Below are positions 7,128-15,470 of a stretch of 16,653 nucleotides of DNA, one piece after another. The notes under the pieces were generated by a model. That model ran no database searches. It saw only the letters and a program-made list of their open reading frames with translations, and was not told the DNA's origin. Source of the stretch: Amoeboradix gromovi X-113 (Eukaryota > Fungi > Sanchytriomycota); NCBI GenBank assembly GCA_018985225.1, contig JADGIF010000156.1:1-16653 (forward strand). The letters are read 5' to 3'. The position numbers were made by a program, and so were the translations under genes. Every line of letters begins with the position of its first letter. Positions within the stretch are counted from its first letter, which is position 1.

Positions 7128-8547
7128 ATGGTTGGTACTTTACAAAAGTTGCAGTTTAAAAACAAACTGCAATACGATTTTGTCAATATAAAATTGATTC
7201 AGCACTTCGTTGACCCGGAATATGTGCTTCAGAATGCTGAGGGTTATCTGTATGCGATTATCAATTACAGAGTGACAAATGACGTTTGTAAACTTTTAAA
7301 AGTCATGCCCTCGTTTCCTATCGTTGACAGTAACTCTCTAAAGTCTACTGTTGTTTATAGACCCCATTCTCTCAACATACATGATCAAGGCTCTTTTATA
7401 TCCAATCTGTCCAAGTATTGCCAGGTATTACCCAAGCATAAAGATTTAGCTTTGTTAGATCTAATTACCTCCCAAGCAAATGAAAACCCTGATTATAATG
7501 ATATCGTTGATATACTCAACGGTAAAGAGCATGTTATCGTCAAGTATTGTTCCAACTGGATTGAATTAGCAATTGGCCTAATTCTACACAAACGATTATT
7601 ACCTGAGCAGTTAACTAATGTTCTTATAAATACAAAGGACAATTTTCCTAATGATAAGCTTATTACTCGTATTGGTATCCCCTACTTACAAATTTTAAAG
7701 AACATTTTTATGTTAGAGCTTGATTGTGTTTATTTTCTTAGTCCTTGCGATTCTTTTCTATGCAAACATATATTTGCCTATCTGCATAAAAAGGGTCATA
7801 TTAATCAGGTATTGTATAATGACCCTGATATTGAATGGCGCTGCATTACTTATTTACTTCAATATAGAGAATACAAAACAGCTCTTATGATAATAGCAAA
7901 TTTACACGGTATTAGAGGAATATCACTATTATTGCCAAAGATACCGATGAGTGACAGTGTATTTCACCTAGTGTTGAAGTTTATTGGTACATACAAGGAA
8001 GTTTTAGGGTTTTGGTACCAGGTAGTTTGCACTCATTTAGGCATTCGCAATGTACAAATATCAGCAAGGAATATTACACGATGCTATAAAATACTGCAAT
8101 TTAGCCCGGAAATATGGTAAGTTTGCAGAGAGTGATACACTGGCAGCCAAAATCACAAATGTCTACTTTGAAGATCAATACGATAATTTGAACACTTTGG
8201 AACTAAAGAGCCTGACAGAATTGCAAGACATAGATCATTTCGAGCTATTATATTATTACCAAATCACGAACAAACTGGTAATCGAATACAAAGACAAGGA
8301 GGAAATACCGATTGATGTGTATCGATATATGCTCAAAATATTTAAATTGGCAGATACTACACAGATACAAGACACCAGACTGATCATACAATTGTATTTC
8401 AAAGTAATGGAATGGACAGAGAAGCCAAAGTCATTGGTATTTGCAGCAATGTCAAGCAGCTTGAAATTAAAGGGTGGATACAGAAAACAGTCATTATATT
8501 GTATAATGGAGCACTATGCACAGTCGACAGAAACGAATTTGGAATAA
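7128..8547 (+). CDS. NUP85: Nucleoporin Nup85-like, two exons (7128-8021, 8041-8547), 466 aa
   Basis: ORFs 7128..8120 and 8050..8547 join in frame by removing 19 nt (8022-8040). Segments LLKVMP, ILNGKEHVIVKYCSNWIELAIGLILH, EWRCITYL, LLPKIPM and GILHDAIKYCNLAR follow Nup85 motif order as recalled from homologues. Confidence 0.7.
8022..8040 (+). other. 19-nt spliceosomal intron
   Basis: GTAGTTTGCACTCATTTAG: GT-AG, CTCAT branch-like site, phase 0. Removal repairs the frameshift between two long ORFs. Confidence 0.85.
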
Positions 8548-8565
8548 ATAGAGAGAATATATAGT

Positions 8566-8841
8566 TTATTCGTGTTTTTCTTGTTTACGTCTTTGGTGTT
8601 GAATGATATCTGTTAATTCGTCAACCTTACGCTTAGCTCTTCTTAAGGTCCCTAGACGCTGTTTAGCAAATTTCTTAGCTCTTTTGTCTTTGGAATTTTT
8701 GATTAATTCCATAATTCTCTTTTCATACGGAGCAAATCCCACAACTTCTCTAATTAACGATTTTACAAAGATACCTTTTTTAGTCAATGTTCGCTGGTTA
8801 CCTGGCTTTGCTTTGGATTGTCTAGGTGTTGTGTATGTCAT
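8566..8841 (-). CDS. RPL36: 60S ribosomal protein L36 (eL36), short N-terminus
   Basis: [43 protein letters not shown] is the eL36 signature. Confidence 0.97.
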   Translation of the reverse strand: MTYTTPRQSKAKPGNQRTLTKKGIFVKSLIREVVGFAPYEKRIMELIKNSKDKRAKKFAKQRLGTLRRAKRKVDELTDIIQHQRRKQEKHE

Positions 8842-9240
8842 ACGAAATAGCTACTGACAAAGAAAAAAGATGGAGACGAAATCACGTTTAATTTGATGAC
8901 ACAAAAAGCCCAAATGGGGGATCGCAGAATCCTATCTAGATGAGGGTTTTTGATCATTTTTCCAAGATCTGCGCTTCTCGTCTGACACTTTAGAGCTTGA
9001 GTTCTGGAAAAGTTTGAATGGTTATTCTAAAAACCGTTCAGCTAGAAAATCGATGGTTAACCCGCACAGTTATTTACAGTTTGACTAGCATAGCTTCAAT
9101 ATTACTGCACTTACTCTTAAATCTTCTTCTTTTTAAGTCTTGTTTTTTCAGATATTCTATCTTTTCAGTTACGTCGTTAACAATACTCAAAATAAGCTTA
9201 CAAAAAAAGTTGCATAAGTCTAGTTGAAATAAATGATTTA

Positions 9241-9621
9241 CTATTTTTTTTCTGAAAGTTCTTGCATTTTTTTAATCAAATGCTTATGTAGGAATGGAGA
9301 TAACTGCGGATATCCGTTATCGGTTTTAAATTGGTGCAGCTCATTAATTTGCACTTTACCGTCTCTACTGCAGTATCCAAATATATCCTCAATTGGTGGA
9401 ACCCTGTTCTGCACAAAGTCATACCTGTAATCTCTGATAGGCGCCCAATATGATCTTTCAAATTCACCTTTTACAAAAGGGCAATCTTTTGACTTGCCCA
9501 ATAAAACAGATCGCAGCGACTTAGAATACACCTCCAAAGGTTTGTCATTCTTTGCGAATGTGATGTTATTTGGGAATTTCACAACACTGCCCTGCTTGAT
9601 GACTGGGACCTTATTAAACAT
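9241..9621 (-). CDS. Hypothetical protein (126 aa), probably a conserved fungal family of unknown function
   Basis: ATG at 9621 (the track start at 9630 is a GTG inside the MITE TIR). The C-terminal pattern RVPPIEDIFG...G.PQLSPFLHKHL resembles a fungal uncharacterised family (from memory, unverified). Confidence 0.65.
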   Translation of the reverse strand: MFNKVPVIKQGSVVKFPNNITFAKNDKPLEVYSKSLRSVLLGKSKDCPFVKGEFERSYWAPIRDYRYDFVQNRVPPIEDIFGYCSRDGKVQINELHQFKTDNGYPQLSPFLHKHLIKKMQELSEKK

Positions 9622-9622
9622 T

Positions 9623-10036
9623 GGGGACACTAAATATAAAAACTAGACAACTCGTTTTTAAAGGAAGTGCTCCATACGGAGGAAATTTAATAAAAGATCT
9701 TCTACTATACCAATTTTCTTTCATTACCTTCAATCCCCTCTTCAAAATAAAAGTAGAAGACCCTGCATCTCGTTCAAATATATGAGGTCTTTTGAGCATC
9801 TAAGCAAAAGGTGCATTTTCTTAGACGGTACTCTTTTCTAGAGTCATTTTGTAATGTTATAGTGATATTTTATTTGAAATAAAGATTGGATGAAAGAGTA
9901 AGAGAATAGATCTACAGAATATTTATTTTCCTTTTATACTCGTCAACTCCGCAACTAGCTGAATGTCCACTCGCCTCTTAAATAATGTTCCAAGTTGTTA
10001 CATAAAGTTAGTCCAGTTTTTATATTTGATGTCCCA
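9623..10036 (-). mobile_element. MITE copy C (414 bp, internally deleted) with TIRs
   Basis: GGGGACACTAAATATAAAAACTAGACAACT ... AGTTAGTCCAGTTTTTATATTTGATGTCCCA|TA. Colinear with copy B apart from 7, 44, 31 and 25 bp deletions. Confidence 0.92.
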
Positions 10037-10097
10037 TATGTAAGATTAAAACTTTATTTAGAGAATTTAAAAGGACATGTTTATTGCTTAGAGAACA

Positions 10098-10622
10098 TCA
10101 CTGCTTCGAAAAGTCGTCCCATTTGAAGGAGTGCTCAATATCCATATCTATTAAAGTAACATCTAATTGTTTTTCAATATTTTTAGCCGCACCATCTCCA
10201 CAGAGCCAAACATCTACTCTGCATGATCTGTTTTTACGTACACAAATGGCAACGCCATTAATATCATCCATATCCTTATATGATTCACCCACGCAGTGCA
10301 TTAATATTTGTTGATACACACCTTTACAATCCCTACCTTTGATTAAACTTCCTTTTAATCGACCTTTGTTTTTCTTTTCTTCCCAAGCGGGTCTAATGCC
10401 TTCTTTAAAAAAATATAGTGAAGTTTTATCGTCCATATTCTCCAGCTGTCTTAAATTATTGAAAACACTCCAAAATTCTTCAACGGTGGTAATTTCTACA
10501 ACCTTTTGCAATGAATCAAAGTCGTTGACTGGTTGGTACCACAGAACCCAGCTATTTGTCAATGGATGAAGATATTGGTATTCCTCGTCATGGTTGGGTT
10601 CAATGTCTTTTGGGGAAGACAT
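10098..10622 (-). CDS. Translation initiation factor eIF4E-family protein, paralog 1 (174 aa)
   Basis: HPLTNSWVLWY, TVEEFWS, FFKEGIRPAWEE, GE..DINGVAICVRK and DVW motifs. Start at ATG 10622 chosen by alignment to the neighbouring paralog; the ORF extends to 10706. Confidence 0.9.
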   Translation of the reverse strand: MSSPKDIEPNHDEEYQYLHPLTNSWVLWYQPVNDFDSLQKVVEITTVEEFWSVFNNLRQLENMDDKTSLYFFKEGIRPAWEEKKNKGRLKGSLIKGRDCKGVYQQILMHCVGESYKDMDDINGVAICVRKNRSCRVDVWLCGDGAAKNIEKQLDVTLIDMDIEHSFKWDDFSKQ

Positions 10623-10721
10623 TTGTATGAAGGAGCTAAATATCTTGTTAAGCCAACGTGAGGGCAAGAAATTGTTCTGATAATACAAAAAGTAACTTAG
10701 ACTCATATATCAGAAAACATT

Positions 10722-11252
10722 TTATTGATGGGAAAAATCATCCCAGTTGAATGTATGATCATTTATATCCATAGAGTTCAAAGTTTCATCTAGTTTAGTC
10801 TCAATTTGATTTAAACCACCTTCTGACTTTAGCCAAACGTCCAATCTAAATGCTTTGTTCTTACGAACACATATTGCGACCCCATTGATCTGATCCATAG
10901 ACGGATATGCTTCACCAATACAATGCATAAGAACTTGCTGATATACTACATTGCAATCTCTATTGCGAATAAGGTTTCCTTTTAATCTTCCCTTGTTTTG
11001 CTCATCCTCCCAAGCAGGCTCAATTCCTTCTTTAAAAAAATAAAGAGTGGTTTTATCTTCCATATTTTCTAATTGTCTTAAATTATTAAACACACTCCAA
11101 AATTCCTCAATTGATTTTACTTGCACAACTTTTTGTAGTGATTTGAAATCATTGAACGGCTGATACCACAACATCCATTGATTTTTAAGAGGATGTAACT
11201 GCTGAAATTCATCTTTTGGTAAATTAGTGGAACAGTTGACGTTGGTAGACAT
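10722..11252 (-). CDS. Translation initiation factor eIF4E-family protein, paralog 2 (176 aa)
   Basis: HPLKNQWMLWY, SIEEFWS, FFKEGIEPAWEDEQN, CIGE, INGVAICVRK motifs. Colinear with paralog 1. Confidence 0.92.
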   Translation of the reverse strand: MSTNVNCSTNLPKDEFQQLHPLKNQWMLWYQPFNDFKSLQKVVQVKSIEEFWSVFNNLRQLENMEDKTTLYFFKEGIEPAWEDEQNKGRLKGNLIRNRDCNVVYQQVLMHCIGEAYPSMDQINGVAICVRKNKAFRLDVWLKSEGGLNQIETKLDETLNSMDINDHTFNWDDFSHQ

Positions 11253-11397
11253 GATTGTGTTAGGAGGGGAGTGTATTTTATTAACTGACGTTAATCAAAT
11301 TTTGCCCAATCAGACAAATAATAAGTCATGCCTCCGAATTGCAGAATTAAAAACATTATTTTGAGAATTACGACTTCTGCCCTGAAAACAAAGTTTG

Positions 11398-12780
11398 ATG
11401 TCCCTGCAAAATCGAGCAAGAGCAATGAGTATTAAAGTTAATGACCAGGCTCAGCGTATATCTGAATTCACTGCAGGACTGTCACAGTCCTACGGTAAAT
11501 CCCTAGAATACCCAGAACTGAGAATGCACCATACATCACCGCCACCTTCTCCAGTACTGAACAGCGAAGAGTCTTTTAGTTCGCCAGAATTATTTGGAAT
11601 CGATGTTCCACTTATTGTCATGGATGATTCGGGTACTACCAAGAAAGAAGGTATATTTAACACTATCAATATCCTTATGGGAATCAGCATACTTACTCTA
11701 CCTTTTGCTTTGCACCTGTCTGGAATTATTGTTGGAGTTGGTTTATTTATTACTTACTCATTAGTTACCAACTACACTGGTAAATTACTTGGAAAATGTC
11801 TGCAAGATCCCCACTTAAAAACATACAGCGATATTGCGTATGAAGCATTTGGTAAATATGGCAGCCTGGTTAGCATTGTATTTATTCTTGAACTTTTGGC
11901 AGCCGGTGTTGCACTACTGATCCTTGTTGAAGATAGCGTTAGTGTATTTACCAATATAGATGGTAAGTTTATAAAGTTTTTGGCTTTTTTAACTGCTACG
12001 CCGTTTTTATGGTCAAACTCACTAAAATTGCTTAGTTATACATCTTTAGTTGGTATAGCGACTTTTGTTTATCTGCTTTTCCTGTTAATTGGACAGGGAT
12101 TGTTGGTACATGAGCAACCAGGCTCATTAATAAACCCTAAGGCAATTCGAATCTATCCAAATGAATTCTGGAATGTTTGGCTGGCTAGCGGTTTAATCAT
12201 GGCTAGCTATGCTGGTCATGGGTGCACTCCATCTGTTTTTGTTGATTTGAAAAATAAAAAAGAATTTCCTTCCCTTTTGAACACTTCATATCTGGTTGTA
12301 TTTACAGTCTATATTTGTGTTGCTGTATGCGGCTATCTTATGTTTGGAGAACTGGTAGATAACGAAATAACAATAAGCATGTCAAAAGTCACCACTTATT
12401 CAAGGCTAGCAAACAACGTGTTGATTTCATTGATGATAATCGGACCTCTAACCAAGTATCCATTAGTGGTTAGGCCCATTACTACAAATCTAGAATATTA
12501 CTTGTCTGAATATTTTGGGAGGTCTTTTACAATATGGAGGAACATCTGTAGAACACTTGCTAGTGCTTTGATTTTAATGATTGCATTGCTATTTCCATCT
12601 TTTGAGCGAGTGATGGGTGTTGTAGGCTCTCTATTCTCGTTTGTAGTTAGCGTGATATTGCCGTGTATATTTTATTTGCGGATTTGTCACGTAGAAAGAA
12701 AAGAAAAGCTAATGATAATGGTAATTATAGCTGCAAGTATACCGATATCAATACTCGGAACTATAGCTGCGTTCCAATAA
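11398..12780 (+). CDS. Vacuolar amino acid transporter, AVT1-like (AAAP / Aa_trans family)
   Basis: FNTINILMGISILTLPFAL, NYTGKLL, TYSDIAYEAFG, YAGH..PS, GYLMFG, PLTKYPL motifs, about 11 TMs and a Ser-rich N-tail. ATG at 11398. Confidence 0.9.
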   Translation: MSLQNRARAMSIKVNDQAQRISEFTAGLSQSYGKSLEYPELRMHHTSPPPSPVLNSEESFSSPELFGIDVPLIVMDDSGTTKKEGIFNTINILMGISILTLPFALHLSGIIVGVGLFITYSLVTNYTGKLLGKCLQDPHLKTYSDIAYEAFGKYGSLVSIVFILELLAAGVALLILVEDSVSVFTNIDGKFIKFLAFLTATPFLWSNSLKLLSYTSLVGIATFVYLLFLLIGQGLLVHEQPGSLINPKAIRIYPNEFWNVWLASGLIMASYAGHGCTPSVFVDLKNKKEFPSLLNTSYLVVFTVYICVAVCGYLMFGELVDNEITISMSKVTTYSRLANNVLISLMIIGPLTKYPLVVRPITTNLEYYLSEYFGRSFTIWRNICRTLASALILMIALLFPSFERVMGVVGSLFSFVVSVILPCIFYLRICHVERKEKLMIMVIIAASIPISILGTIAAFQ

Positions 12781-12791
12781 ATTGAAAGTAC

Positions 12792-14315
12792 TTAACCATT
12801 TTTATTTTTATTTTTCTTTTTCTTTTGATCTTGCATCCTTATTGTGCCTTGCTGGATATTGGTTTGATCAGCTTCGTCTAGTTCGCTCAATTTATCACGA
12901 GTGCTTAAATAGAACATTAAATCCCGCACTTGTTCCTGTAAGTCCGATATTTCCATGTCTTTAATTTTAATTTGTTCTTCATGTTGTTGTTTATGAGTAC
13001 TTTGATTCCTTTTTAATTGTTTATTTAAAGCTAGCTCATCCAAATAAAACTGTTTTAGTTTGGAATGCTGCTTATCAAGCCCATCATATTTTTGTTGCAA
13101 GTTGCTTTTTAGTAATGCGTCTGATTTCAAAATTTGTTGTAAACGTTTATTATTTGAAAGTTCACACTCATGTTGTAGAGTCAAGTTGTTCAAATCAGAT
13201 TTCACTTTAAGCAGCTCTATATTCCTGTTATCTTGTTCTTTGCGCAAGGAAATAATTTCAGTTTCAATATCTTTTATTAGCTGCTCAAAATAATGTCGCT
13301 GAGAGTCTAGTTGAGTGGTTAGCAACAACGCAACATCGTTTTTAGGCTTTTCTTGCTCTGTCTGGTTCTTTACTAACGGATCTGTCTGTACTATTTTGCC
13401 ATCACCTTGAATTAACCGATGTACAAATTCATCATTGATATAGTCCCAGACTCGCTGCGTTTTAATTTCCAACGCAAAACAATGGTCCGTCTTTTGAAAA
13501 TGCTCATAAGCGTGTCCCAGCGCATACCTGCCACACCCCACACTTCCGCATAACAAACAAATCCAAACATCAGTAAATGCTGTTTTGTAGTTGTCCAGAA
13601 CGCACTCTGCACACGGCGTATTCATTTCTATATTTCGACAAACAGGGCAGCTGTTCCCCCATTTTAATAAGCAGTCGCAATGAAAAGAATGATTACAAAG
13701 AATTGTCATTATGCCACTGGTACCCGTATCTATGCGTTCAAGACAAACAGGACAATTAGGAAATTCAATTATTTTGTCATTTACTGGAGACTTTGGATGA
13801 ATGTAAACATTTTGCACTTTTAAAATGTTACAAATCTGATTGTCAATTTTACTAAAAGGCTTACCATGGTACTCGATTATTAAATCCTCAATTTCGCAAT
13901 CTAATCGCAGCAAAACCATCATTTGGCTTCGTAAGTAGTCGCTGTCTGTTCTTTCCTGCTTAATACATCTGAAATAACGAATGTTTGATTTAAAAGTTTT
14001 TAAAAACTCAACTATCTCAGAAACACCCATATAATCTGGAATATTAAGAATAAGTCCTAAATTATTATGATTATAAGTGTTTTCTTCTATGTGCTTATAC
14101 AAATGAAGACTTCCTTCGACTAAATAATGTCGGACTTGTTCGTTTGGCGTACATGGTAACAAATAGTCTTCAATAAACAAAGTCTCCTCGCGAAGATTTG
14201 GAAGTGATCTTGTACCGGGAAATAAATTGGTCCCTAAATCCTTCTCAATCTCAGACATTTCCGAATTGATGGAAGCCTCTGTGCGAATATGAACCGAAAA
14301 TGAAGATGACTTCAT
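12792..14315 (-). CDS. ETP1: BRAP2/ETP1-like E3 ubiquitin ligase (BRAP2 domain, RING-H2, zf-UBP, coiled coil)
   Basis: CPVCLERID..LCNHSFHCDCL..CPVCR RING; WICLLCGSVGCGRY..HA..H..RVWDY zf-UBP; LLTTQLDSQRHYFE and DLQEQVRDLMFYL coil motifs. Confidence 0.93.
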   Translation of the reverse strand: MKSSSFSVHIRTEASINSEMSEIEKDLGTNLFPGTRSLPNLREETLFIEDYLLPCTPNEQVRHYLVEGSLHLYKHIEENTYNHNNLGLILNIPDYMGVSEIVEFLKTFKSNIRYFRCIKQERTDSDYLRSQMMVLLRLDCEIEDLIIEYHGKPFSKIDNQICNILKVQNVYIHPKSPVNDKIIEFPNCPVCLERIDTGTSGIMTILCNHSFHCDCLLKWGNSCPVCRNIEMNTPCAECVLDNYKTAFTDVWICLLCGSVGCGRYALGHAYEHFQKTDHCFALEIKTQRVWDYINDEFVHRLIQGDGKIVQTDPLVKNQTEQEKPKNDVALLLTTQLDSQRHYFEQLIKDIETEIISLRKEQDNRNIELLKVKSDLNNLTLQHECELSNNKRLQQILKSDALLKSNLQQKYDGLDKQHSKLKQFYLDELALNKQLKRNQSTHKQQHEEQIKIKDMEISDLQEQVRDLMFYLSTRDKLSELDEADQTNIQQGTIRMQDQKKKKNKNKNG

Positions 14316-14457
14316 TAAGTTTGAAAAATTAAAAGGATCAGGACGGTTAGGCGTAAATCCGAAATATTATTGCGGTACTTTAGCTACATTTTTAAGCAAA
14401 AGATTGTCAAGCCGTTTCCCACAGGTTGAAGACGTCTGTACTTTGTTTCATTTAAAA

Positions 14458-14854
14458 ATGATGAAAAGAGGTGACTCAAAAACAGACTCCATAGGAGCCA
14501 TAGACATACCAAACAATGATTATTGCAACATCAAAAATAATTTGCGAGTTAACGAAGACCACTCCAGTATTCATGTAGGAGTAGGAGAGATGGAATGTGG
14601 TGAGATAGCTATGAAGAAATCGTTATTCGGGAGATTATGGGAAAGCTATCAGCCAACTGTAAGTGGAATTGGACATGCCTGTGTTTCTAAAATGGAATAT
14701 TTGGGAGAATATATATGTGACACCGTGGGAATTACAAGGCCAAAGTATGAATGGGAAGTTGGCGAATACTTCACAAATCAACAAGGTAAGCCTAATTAAT
14801 TCAGAGCAGCAGAAGCAGCTAATTATGCAAGATCTGGCTAATAAATATGGTTGA
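14458..14854 (+). CDS. FAM177-like protein, two exons (14458-14785, 14805-14854)
   Basis: MEYLGEYICDTVGITRPKYEWEVGEY resembles the FAM177 motif (D[FY]LGEK[IL]AS.LGI[ST]TPKYQYAIDEY). Splicing gives a helical tail QQEQQKQLIMQDLANKYG*. Confidence 0.7.
14786..14804 (+). other. 19-nt spliceosomal intron
   Basis: AAG|GTAAGCCTAATTAATTCAG|AG: canonical donor, branch-like CTAAT/TTAAT, CAG acceptor. It contains the in-frame stop of the unspliced ORF. Confidence 0.8.
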
Positions 14855-14921
14855 TTAAACTTGTGATTGGTTCATTTTTCATTCTACCGCGCTTTTTACT
14901 GAACCGGTTATCATTTTAGCT

Positions 14922-15398
14922 ATGTTCCTGGCACAACTCTTGAGTGCATGCGAATTTAAGCTACCAAACGGTGTCAGCCAGGGCCAATCATTTTTGATCC
15001 AGGCAGTTGCAACTTACCTTCCTAACACTCAAAACAAAATTTCCATCTCAGGATATTTCGTTATTACAGACCCATGTACAATCACCATTAAGGATTTAAT
15101 ATACACTCCTCAAATGCAACAGGTTTTCTTATACTCTAGTAGTGCCTCCAACATAAACGATTCCAGTGCGTCAGGGCAGCAACTAAGCACCAAAGAAATT
15201 GCTCAGTCCGCATTTAAAGGAACTCTCCAGAATATTTCTTTGACAAAATCTATTGAGGATGCAAAATCATTGAAATTGTTCAGTAGTCAGAGTAACTTTG
15301 TCTTAGGAGCTTCAACTATTTCCAATAACAGTAATGGATTGTCACCCACTTTTTATGCAAGTATAATGTTCTTAATCAAAGAATTCATGAATAAATAA
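14922..15398 (+). CDS. Putative secreted/GPI-anchored DM13-like domain protein
   Basis: Short hydrophobic N-terminus. ISGYFVITDPCTITIKDLIY..VFLY..GQQLS..LKLFS..NFVLGA follows the DM13 beta-strand pattern. SNG followed by a hydrophobic tail. Confidence 0.6.
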   Translation: MFLAQLLSACEFKLPNGVSQGQSFLIQAVATYLPNTQNKISISGYFVITDPCTITIKDLIYTPQMQQVFLYSSSASNINDSSASGQQLSTKEIAQSAFKGTLQNISLTKSIEDAKSLKLFSSQSNFVLGASTISNNSNGLSPTFYASIMFLIKEFMNK

Positions 15399-15470
15399 GT
15401 TTTAAATCTGAAGTTTGAGGTTTTAATAATTTAATACAAATAATTTATTGCAAAGTAAAAACATATTTAC

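Noticed and set aside
6918-7154. Extra upstream NUP85 exons via 22-nt and 20-nt GT-AG introns
   Set aside because: The frame can be made to work, but neither candidate has the YTVAY-TYAG signal and the added peptide has no recognisable similarity.
9075-9215. Small basic minus-strand peptide (IVNDVTEKIEYLKKQDLKRRRF) joined to an ATG by a 16-nt intron
   Set aside because: The acceptor is GAG with no branch motif, and the product is under 45 aa with no homology.
9614-9799. 61-aa ORF inside MITE C
   Set aside because: TTG start, lies within the repeat, and indels in other copies break the frame.
10623-10706. 28-aa N-terminal extension of eIF4E paralog 1
   Set aside because: Starts 15 bp from the upstream gene's stop and has no counterpart in the paralog; ATG 10622 aligns better.
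13580-13601. GT..AG 22-mer as an intron explaining the longer zf-UBP loop in ETP1
   Set aside because: Removal would frameshift an intact conserved ORF.
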